From an uncultured Eubacteriales bacterium (lineage in GTDB: Bacteria; Bacillota; Sulfobacillia; Fermentithermobacillales; Fermentithermobacillaceae), in assembly GCA_964406505.1 (NCBI GenBank), contig CAYORX010000008.1, positions 859-64,858 of the forward strand: a stretch of DNA of 64,000 nucleotides. Reading direction: 5' to 3'. Made by a program: the position numbers and the translations under genes. The notes under the pieces are model-generated. The model did not search any database. It was not told where the DNA came from and was given only the letters and a program-made list of their open reading frames with translations. This document shows, piece by piece, positions 46,880 to 54,176 of the stretch (position 1 is its first letter; every line of letters starts with the position of its first letter).

Positions 46880-47287
46880 CTATTTTTTACTTTTATCCGA
46901 GGCCCTGTGATTATCTGATTCCATTTTCAACGCATCACCCATCACAGAGTCTTTTACTTTCTTCTCTCGTTCTGCCTTTTTTAGAGCTCTGCGCTTTCTT
47001 TTTTCTTCTTCTTCCTCCATAGCGATAGCTTCAATTCTTTGAATTAAAAGTTCTACATTTTCTCTATTATCAAAAAAGTAGGCGTAATCCTCAAAAGTCC
47101 GAAAGAACACTCCGACTATGGGCGCAAAAAAATGCATGGCCTGTCCGCCTATATAACTTAGCGGCTTGTGCATTTCAAGAAAGAAAATCGCAGGCACCAT
47201 CATACCGTATTGTTTAATTCTGTTTGCAATAGCTTCGATTAGCTCATCTCGCCGCTTATTATCAATCGGTTCTCGAAAATTAATCAT
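46880..47287 (-). CDS. Small hypothetical protein (hydrophobic core segment + Glu/Lys-rich tail)
   Basis: The 135-aa product contains MMVPAIFFLEMHKPLSYIGGQAMHFFAPIVGVFF followed by EEEEEKRKRRALKKAEREKK. A strong SD (GGTAGGAGGGGAG) lies 9 nt upstream of the ATG. Confidence 0.65.
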   Translation of the reverse strand: MINFREPIDNKRRDELIEAIANRIKQYGMMVPAIFFLEMHKPLSYIGGQAMHFFAPIVGVFFRTFEDYAYFFDNRENVELLIQRIEAIAMEEEEEKRKRRALKKAEREKKVKDSVMGDALKMESDNHRASDKSKK

Positions 47288-47428
47288 TTATTCAATCTCC
47301 CCTCCTACCTTCGGTGATAGCTTTGTCTCTATTTTACAATATTTCAGGCAATTACTTGCAAGCATTTAATTCCAGAAAAATATGGTACATCGGTTGTCGA
47401 CGCTATCTTACCGCAAAATACAGGGTCT

Positions 47429-48787
47429 TCAAAGCAATTCAACGTTAGCTCTAGGAACATAAACTTCGTTGTCGTCAGAAATCTGAACTTTAACCACAGG
47501 AACTTTTGCTTCGGTTTCAATAGCTACCGGTTCTCGTTTAATTTCAACAATTTTCCCCACGGCACCAAAATAAGGTTCATTAATTACACGAACATCTTTT
47601 CCGACGCGCAAGTCAACATCTAGATCGGTTTCAATTTCGATATCACCTTCATAATCAGGGAACGGAACAATTATTTCAGGCCTAATAGCACCTGCTCTAA
47701 TCTGTGTAGCCCCGTTTATAGAAGCTAATCTTCCTTCGAGATCAGCCAAAGTCGCCCATACTTCCTTTCGCATAGATAGGTGCCCAAAACCTTCCATCAA
47801 AATCACGGTCATATTGATATCTTCCTGCCCCGTTATACCCACGCCGAGTTTAACACCCAACGATTGAGTTAAATTAAAATAGTTAACTGTTCCGGTAACT
47901 ACCCCCCTTACACCGACTTCCAGTGCCTTTGATAACGCCTCATTGGTTGCGAAGGCTCCCCCAACTATAATTTTATCTTTACAGTCTGGTGTAATCATAT
48001 CCGCTTCCAGTATTTCATCCGGCCCTGAGGTAACCATTTTCAGTTCGCCGTACACCTCGCGCCCTAATCCAAACACCCCGTTTAACCGAATCCCAGGCGT
48101 ATCTACAATGCATCCGCGATTTTCGATAACTTCAGACACTGTACCTTGCACATATCCTCGCACAACAACTTCTCTAAAAGGTCTAGATATGGTGACTTTA
48201 CCCGTTTTACAGCAAACTTTGGAGATAATACCCGACACAGGAGCTACCGCCGTAGTGGTAAAAAAGGCTTGCGCCTCCCCTTTTTTAGCTACCATTTGGC
48301 CTCGTTTGATCTCTTGCCCTACTTGCCTCAACATATGCTTAGGCAATTCATGCGGTCTACATTTTATCTCAAAGGCAACATCAAAGGTCACCGGGGGTTC
48401 TTCCCTACCAAATTCTTCCCGAATAGTTATTCTTCCGGAACGAACAGAAACATCTTCTATTATCCCATCAGTAGGTGAAGTAATTTCTTTCCTACCATAT
48501 ATTCCCTCGTCTGCCCGTGCAATGGCGTCTTGGGTTTTAACTCTGTCTCCGATATTTTTAAGCATACAATCTTTTAATTGCGAAGGCTTGACGCCGAGCA
48601 ACCGTGCACCTGGAATTACCCAGGGAATACCCGGCCTGAGAGCAATTTTAGCAACTGGTGTATCAGGATAAACAACATCACCTATCTTTACCAAAACTTC
48701 TCCAGGCAAGGGCAACCTTCTCACTTTTCTTATGAGTTCAATCTGATTTTTAGTACTATCTGAAAAGGAATCTGAAAAGACCGCCAC
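47429..48787 (-). CDS. Partner protein A2 (paralog of A1 with an extra N-terminal unit)
   Basis: The 452-aa product has a GTG start 7 nt after GGGGAG. That start lies 32 nt inside the 3' end of B2, indicating translational coupling. It shares the C-terminal blocks with A1. Confidence 0.75.
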   Translation of the reverse strand: MAVFSDSFSDSTKNQIELIRKVRRLPLPGEVLVKIGDVVYPDTPVAKIALRPGIPWVIPGARLLGVKPSQLKDCMLKNIGDRVKTQDAIARADEGIYGRKEITSPTDGIIEDVSVRSGRITIREEFGREEPPVTFDVAFEIKCRPHELPKHMLRQVGQEIKRGQMVAKKGEAQAFFTTTAVAPVSGIISKVCCKTGKVTISRPFREVVVRGYVQGTVSEVIENRGCIVDTPGIRLNGVFGLGREVYGELKMVTSGPDEILEADMITPDCKDKIIVGGAFATNEALSKALEVGVRGVVTGTVNYFNLTQSLGVKLGVGITGQEDINMTVILMEGFGHLSMRKEVWATLADLEGRLASINGATQIRAGAIRPEIIVPFPDYEGDIEIETDLDVDLRVGKDVRVINEPYFGAVGKIVEIKREPVAIETEAKVPVVKVQISDDNEVYVPRANVELL

Positions 48788-50651
48788 GTTTTTTCTCCCC
48801 TTTTATCTCTGTTTGTTTAACCGGATACTTTTCTTGTAATTCAGAAATAAGATCTGCCGGGTACACTTTCATAGATTCCAACCATGAAGTAACTTTAGCT
48901 ACACGCTCAAATTCCGTTTCAGGCATGTTTATAGGCCTACCTCTGCCATCTAAAATGATTCCTACAAGTCCCCCATGAAGCTGCTTGTCTACAGTGTTTC
49001 CCTTACCGGCACCTATGTCTACACGTCCGCTAGCAGGTTGAATAGTGCACGATGCAATTTCGCCCACCCCTAAGGGAACGACACTAATTTCCCCGCTATC
49101 GATCTTATGTTCCAAAATTTGGCCATCAGGCATGGTGATGCTAATCGAAGCTAACTTACCGCTACGGCTTGGTTGACCAACAGGTGCCACCACCGTACCC
49201 AATCTCACTAAACAGTCTTTTTCAAACACCTCCGCCGCAATTTCCGGATACACGGATGAGAGCACGCCTAAGTGAGGCATCATAAAAATTGAGTCTACGG
49301 CTAACTGGGTCACTCCTTCGGGCTGAAATGCATCCATAAGCATTAAGGCTGCCTGCTCCCGCCTAGGTGCGTGTGATAAAACACCACCTGAACCTACTAG
49401 CATATCAAGATGCATCATATTGATAATATCCCGGCCCGATGCTTTAGCTACCCCGGCATCGCGACCAAATCCAACTACCTCTTCTTCAACTTTTTTAGCG
49501 AGGCTTTTATGATGTTCGAAACTGAGCCTTAATGCTTCCCTAGCAAGCGCCTGTTCAATTACGAGGTGGTACAAAGTTTGAGGTATTGTAGTGGGTCTAA
49601 CCATTTTATTGGCGATCCAATCAGAAATTTGCGACTGATCCATACTAAACGGTACCCACCGCAAAATATGTTCAAAGCCTGCTTCTTCAAGTACATTACA
49701 AATGGAATAGCTCATACCTAGATTTGCAGAAACAGTTCGGGTAAAAGTATCCTCGAAATACGAAAATACGTCGGTAGTAGCCCCTCCGATGTCAACACCA
49801 ATTATCGTTTCATTTTGTTGTTCAGCAAGCACTCTTATTAAAGTTCCTACGGCACCTGGCGTTGGCATAATGGTGGTATCCACTAGTTCCATAAGATCAC
49901 CGTATCCAGGTGCTTGGGCCATAACGTGATTCATAAATAGATCATGTATCGCTTCTCTGGCGGGACCAAGATTTTCGATATCGTGGCGCGGTCTTAAGTT
50001 TTGGGCGAGATGAACATCCATCGTTTCACCACAAATTTCGATTACGATATCTTGAGCATCAACATTTCCCGCATAAATCAAGGGCAATTTATAAGTAGCA
50101 CCGAAGCGAGGTTGGGGATTTGCTTGTTTAATAATCTCAGCAATTAGAGCGATATAAGCAACAGAACCACCATCAACCCCACCTGACACCAAAAGTATAT
50201 CTGGCCGCAATTCTGTTATACGTGTAATCTGTTCCGACTGAGATCTTCCATCGTCAACGGAAATAACGTCTAACACTACTGCACCCGCCCCAAGGGCCGC
50301 CCTATGAGCTGAACTTGCACTTATGGTATTTACCAAACCGGCAACCATCATTTGAAGCCCGCCCCCGGCAGAAGATGTAGAAACATACATATCTACACCT
50401 TTTTTACCTTGTCTCGGCCTAATTAAACTTCCTGACTCGTCAAGGATGGGCCTATCTACAAGTTCTTCTATACGCCTTACAGCATTCCTTACACCTATCA
50501 TGACATTTTCCCATGGGACCTCTACCGTTGTCGGCATTTCTCCACGTGTAGTAAGCCTGTACTCATCGCCACACTTTTCAATAAGAATAGCCTTAGTAGT
50601 GGTGGACCCAACGTCTGTAGCTAAAATGCATTGTATCTCTTTTTTACCCAA
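48756..50651 (-). CDS. GlmL/MutL-family ASKHA ATPase, long form, copy B2
   Basis: The 631-aa product is collinear with B1: DVGSTTTKAILIEK, STSSAGGGLQMMVAG, DVISVDDGR, GVDIGGATTDVFS, RTVSANLGMSYSICNVLEEAG, GSGGVLSHAPRR and AVDSIFMMPHLG. Confidence 0.75.
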   Translation of the reverse strand: MGKKEIQCILATDVGSTTTKAILIEKCGDEYRLTTRGEMPTTVEVPWENVMIGVRNAVRRIEELVDRPILDESGSLIRPRQGKKGVDMYVSTSSAGGGLQMMVAGLVNTISASSAHRAALGAGAVVLDVISVDDGRSQSEQITRITELRPDILLVSGGVDGGSVAYIALIAEIIKQANPQPRFGATYKLPLIYAGNVDAQDIVIEICGETMDVHLAQNLRPRHDIENLGPAREAIHDLFMNHVMAQAPGYGDLMELVDTTIMPTPGAVGTLIRVLAEQQNETIIGVDIGGATTDVFSYFEDTFTRTVSANLGMSYSICNVLEEAGFEHILRWVPFSMDQSQISDWIANKMVRPTTIPQTLYHLVIEQALAREALRLSFEHHKSLAKKVEEEVVGFGRDAGVAKASGRDIINMMHLDMLVGSGGVLSHAPRREQAALMLMDAFQPEGVTQLAVDSIFMMPHLGVLSSVYPEIAAEVFEKDCLVRLGTVVAPVGQPSRSGKLASISITMPDGQILEHKIDSGEISVVPLGVGEIASCTIQPASGRVDIGAGKGNTVDKQLHGGLVGIILDGRGRPINMPETEFERVAKVTSWLESMKVYPADLISELQEKYPVKQTEIKGEKKRGGLFRFLFR

Positions 50652-50751
50652 AACAGACCCCTCCTTGTCCTCCCTATCAACAATTAGAATTAAAAACTAT
50701 GAAAGCGTTGAATTTGTAGTGTATTTGCGAGGCTGTGGAACAATGAAACTG

Positions 50752-51417
50752 CTAGGATTTTTTTCGTGAGCGAAATTTACGTATACGCTCAAACGCCGAT
50801 CGCAGTCCCCCTCTATCTTCTTTCTTAGCATCTTCTACAGAATATGCTTCGTGTAGGGGCTTTAATTTCGATTCTACTATTTTAAGTATCTCGTCTTTAT
50901 TGGAGCCATCTTCTTTATAGTAAAGAAACAACCCCTCCCGCAACCGACCTCGTAAAGTTCGCGTATCATGTGTTAAAAATACACCATCATCAAACTCTCT
51001 ATAAGCTAAAAATCTGTCCCAACGGCGAATATCCCTTGCCATAAATGTTTTGTAGCCTACTGTTTCCTCGGTCAAAATAAATTTTACTGGGAAAAGATAC
51101 GGGGCTAAACGATTAGTAAAAATAATGGTAATAATCGCTACAAAAAAGAATTGTGGTACCGCCCAATAAGCCATGCCCATACTCGCCAAAAGGGAAGCTA
51201 CTACTACAACTGCAACTAACGGTCGTTTGGGCAGAAGCCAATTTTCCCAACTGTATAGTTCAACATCTTCCTTTACTTCCTCTTTCTTGTCAACCGGACT
51301 TTCTTCTTCAATCTCGGTTTCTGGTTTTTCGTCAGGTACTATTCGTCTTAGGTATGAAGGTCTCCCGGTGCTCGACCGAGTATTCCCCGCTTTAAACTTT
51401 CTGTTTTCTTGGGACAT
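50752..51417 (-). CDS. Hypothetical two-TM membrane protein with a basic/acidic N-tail and a soluble C-domain
   Basis: A hydrophobic pair (LVAVVVVASLLASMGMAYWAV / FFFVAIITIIFTN) is followed by FPVKFILTEETVGYKTF...DGVFLTH...GLFLYY. GAGGAGG lies 6 nt before the ATG at 51417. The ORF-track start is 51450. Confidence 0.6.
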   Translation of the reverse strand: MSQENRKFKAGNTRSSTGRPSYLRRIVPDEKPETEIEEESPVDKKEEVKEDVELYSWENWLLPKRPLVAVVVVASLLASMGMAYWAVPQFFFVAIITIIFTNRLAPYLFPVKFILTEETVGYKTFMARDIRRWDRFLAYREFDDGVFLTHDTRTLRGRLREGLFLYYKEDGSNKDEILKIVESKLKPLHEAYSVEDAKKEDRGGLRSAFERIRKFRSRKKS

Positions 51418-51546
51418 TGCAAACCTCCTCAAACGCTGCCTATAGAGCATTAAACTTTTTGCAAAAAGGTTTTGTATGCCATTCGACAGTTTTTACTTTT
51501 ATCCTGCTGGTAATGGCATTTCTACAAATAGCCATGAGTTTTGTGT

Positions 51547-52680
51547 TTATTTGAAAGTTTGTCGACTTTTCAAGATATCGATAACCTTTTGTACTGGTAA
51601 ACCTATCCTCAAATTATTATCCCGACCCTCCATGGTTTTAGCAGCAAATAGTGAATTAAGTATCGCTTCTTCGGTAGATTCAACAGAAGCAGCAAAAATA
51701 TATCCCAATTCTCGGGAACCATCGCGCAACCGTTTCTCTGTGACAAAAGAAGAAGCGCTTTTATGGTTTATACGATTAGCAGTAGAAAAAGACACTACAA
51801 AGTCACCGCTTCCATTTGAAAAGACTGAGCCTACACGCGCAAGCCCACCTTGGCATCTTTTGGCGATCCTCAAAAGCTGTCTATCTGAAACCGGCGCATC
51901 TGTAGCTAGCACAACCACTATAGAACCTGGTAAACTTTCAGGTTGTGTTTCAAGAAATTCTTTAAGTTGTTTCCCTACGGGTACTCCAGATATCAAAAGG
52001 TTTTCCATTTTACCGAAATTCGACATTACCAATACACCAACTGTCCACGTTTCAGCACCAACTTCTATACGTCTGGATGCTGTACCTATGCCTCCCTTGA
52101 ATCCAAAACACGACATTCCGGTGCCGCCTCCTACGTTTCCTTCATCCACCGGACCAGAAGCAGCAGCATCTAACGCAGAAAACACGTGGTGTTTACCTAC
52201 ATGCCTACCTCTAATATCGTTCAAAAAACCATCATTACACTCTAACACCAAAGGATTCACTGTGCCAGTATCTACACCGATTTCGGGATTAGAGTCAAGC
52301 ATATACTCGCAAAGAGCATCCCATGCCCGACCAACACTTAAAGTATTGGTTAAAATGATAGGAGTCTCAATATTCCCTAGCTCTTGTACCTGGGCAATGC
52401 CTGTTGCTTTGCCAAATCCATTAATGACATAAATTGCGCCGGGAACTTTTTCTTTGAACAAATTGCCCGGGTGAGGCTTAATGGCTGTTACACCGGTTCT
52501 AACAGGTCCTTCGCCTTGAACGAGAGTTCCGCTACCTTTTATTATAGTAGAGTGCCCTACGAGAACACCCGGCACATCAGTAATAGCGTTAAAACGCCCT
52601 GTGGGAAGATGTCCGATACAAATGCCGTAGCCCCTACACCGTAGATTTGAACCATTTTTCGATTTAAACTGAGTTTCCAT
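51547..52680 (-). CDS. DmpA/S58 (P1) family aminopeptidase-like Ntn hydrolase
   Basis: The motifs are NAITDVPGVLVGH, PIILTNTLSVG and GGGTGMSCFGFKGGIGTASR. The opposite-strand ORF 51476..52432 is an antisense artefact. Confidence 0.75.
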   Translation of the reverse strand: METQFKSKNGSNLRCRGYGICIGHLPTGRFNAITDVPGVLVGHSTIIKGSGTLVQGEGPVRTGVTAIKPHPGNLFKEKVPGAIYVINGFGKATGIAQVQELGNIETPIILTNTLSVGRAWDALCEYMLDSNPEIGVDTGTVNPLVLECNDGFLNDIRGRHVGKHHVFSALDAAASGPVDEGNVGGGTGMSCFGFKGGIGTASRRIEVGAETWTVGVLVMSNFGKMENLLISGVPVGKQLKEFLETQPESLPGSIVVVLATDAPVSDRQLLRIAKRCQGGLARVGSVFSNGSGDFVVSFSTANRINHKSASSFVTEKRLRDGSRELGYIFAASVESTEEAILNSLFAAKTMEGRDNNLRIGLPVQKVIDILKSRQTFK

Positions 52681-52702
52681 AAATTAAAACCCCCGGTTGA
52701 CC

Positions 52703-53404
52703 TTAAAATGCCTTAGATGCTTCCACAAGAGCCTGGTAAGGTTTAATAAAAATTGGATCGTGTTTCCACATAGCTTCAGGATGCCATTGCAATAAAAGCA
52801 CAAAATTCTTTCTCGCTTCAACTACCTCAGCAATACCGTCTAGCGCCCTGCCTGTAACAGTTAAGCCATCCCCAGGTTCTCTTACGGACTGATGATGATA
52901 TGAATTGACCGAAAGTTTGCCGGTTCCAAATATCTCAAAAGCTAAAGAATCATCATCTAGCACAACTTCGTGCGTACCATACCATTTGGGAGCCTCTTGT
53001 CTGTGTTTCATGGCACCACCGATTTGAGAAGATATATCTTGTACCAGTGTCCCCCCCGCAGCAACGTTAACGATTTGGCATCCTCTGCATAACCCTAAAA
53101 TCGGCAATCCCGATTTAAGGGATTTTTCGGCGAGAAAAAGTTCTAATTCATCAAGACGTGGATTTATCTTTCCGAGTTTAGGCAAAGGACGCTCTCTATA
53201 CCTGGCGGGATCGACATCTGCTCCGCCCGGGAAAACGATGCCATCTAACTTCGATAAGATCAATTCTCCATGGCTTTTTTCTACCATGGGTATTAATAAA
53301 GGTATTCCACCTGCTTCAGCCACCGATTCAACATAAGCATGGGGCGTAATTGAAGACATTCTATCTTCGTTCCAACTAGAAACGATACCAATTAGTGGTT
53401 TCAT
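52703..53404 (-). CDS. Class-I glutamine amidotransferase-like gamma-glutamyl hydrolase (peptidase C26/PuuD family)
   Basis: The motifs are GADVDPARY, the nucleophile elbow GLCRGCQIVN, and SYHHQ and LLQWHPE. Confidence 0.8.
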   Translation of the reverse strand: MKPLIGIVSSWNEDRMSSITPHAYVESVAEAGGIPLLIPMVEKSHGELILSKLDGIVFPGGADVDPARYRERPLPKLGKINPRLDELELFLAEKSLKSGLPILGLCRGCQIVNVAAGGTLVQDISSQIGGAMKHRQEAPKWYGTHEVVLDDDSLAFEIFGTGKLSVNSYHHQSVREPGDGLTVTGRALDGIAEVVEARKNFVLLLQWHPEAMWKHDPIFIKPYQALVEASKAF

Positions 53405-53458
53405 TTACACTCTCCCCCTAGAATTAATTCGAATCTTTTAATCGACAGATCATGTTAG

Positions 53459-53809
53459 TTAAAGAGATTTGACCCCTAAAGAAATCTTCAGCGCTTCATC
53501 CACTTGCGACATAATGTTATCTTCGATCTTCGCCACTTTTTCTTTTAGACGTTTTTTATCTATAGTCCTTATTTGCTCGAGCAAAATCACTGAATCCTTT
53601 TCAAGATTTGAAATATCGGCAGGAAGTTCCACATGTGTGGGTAATCTTGCCTTTTGAATTTGAGAAGTAATCGCAGAAATAATTACCGTGGGGCTATACT
53701 TGTTCCCTATATCGTTTTGAATGATCAAAACAGGCCTAAATCCTCCTTGTTCTGAACCAAGAACAGGGTTTAAATCCGCGTAATAAATGTCGCCTCTGTA
53801 GGGCACCAA
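53459..53809 (-). CDS. mazF: MazF/PemK(EndoA)-type toxin endoribonuclease
   Basis: The sequence [58 protein letters not shown] is near-collinear with Bacillus EndoA/NdoA. Confidence 0.9.
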   Translation of the reverse strand: MVPYRGDIYYADLNPVLGSEQGGFRPVLIIQNDIGNKYSPTVIISAITSQIQKARLPTHVELPADISNLEKDSVILLEQIRTIDKKRLKEKVAKIEDNIMSQVDEALKISLGVKSL

Positions 53810-54166
53810 TCAAGATTTCCTCCATTTGGTCGGTACTTCATTTGGGGAAACATTTTTACTAGCATGAGCACAATATTCATCTGCGAAAAATAATTTTGGC
53901 GAACAATCGAAGTCACACGCTAATTCTTCAGCCAAAATTCTGTTGATTTCCGCCATTTCCAAGTAGCCGTTTCTCATTTGCTCTCGCATGGTCTCCTTTT
54001 TTACCTTTTGAATGTAAAAACAACATGCTTCACGTATAAATAATGAGCGAGATTTGTTCGTTTCTACTACTATATCGTCAATACCTTCTAATATGTCTTC
54101 AGGAAACCCTACCGACACACGTTTGATTTTCGACAAGGTAAGTTCGGCCCCCTTAGATTCGGCCAT
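53810..54166 (-). CDS. RHH/CopG-type antitoxin (EndoAI/MazE-like)
   Basis: The motif RVSVGFPEDILEGIDDIVVETNKSRSLFIREA is present. The gene abuts mazF. I prefer the ATG at 54166 because the longer ORF-track start would overlap nnr. Confidence 0.8.
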   Translation of the reverse strand: MAESKGAELTLSKIKRVSVGFPEDILEGIDDIVVETNKSRSLFIREACCFYIQKVKKETMREQMRNGYLEMAEINRILAEELACDFDCSPKLFFADEYCAHASKNVSPNEVPTKWRKS

Positions 54167-54176
54167 CGGCCTTACG

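Noticed and set aside
47943-48671. 242-aa plus-strand ORF, with similar shadow ORFs at 44893..45357, 43956..44363 and 46498..46842
   Set aside because: These are antisense shadows of the A/B module genes. Their composition is low-complexity and Ser/Pro-rich, they have no SD, and the minus-strand genes have paralog support.
51476-52432. 318-aa plus-strand ORF
   Set aside because: It is antisense to the DmpA/S58-like gene, whose translation has clear family motifs. The plus-strand product is Ser/Pro/Thr-rich low-complexity sequence typical of shadow ORFs.
53459-54166. mazEF as a mobile or defence-island marker
   Set aside because: It sits in the conserved chromosomal acpS-...-endoAI-endoA context known from Bacillus. 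It has no flanking integrase, repeats or compositional break that I can see.
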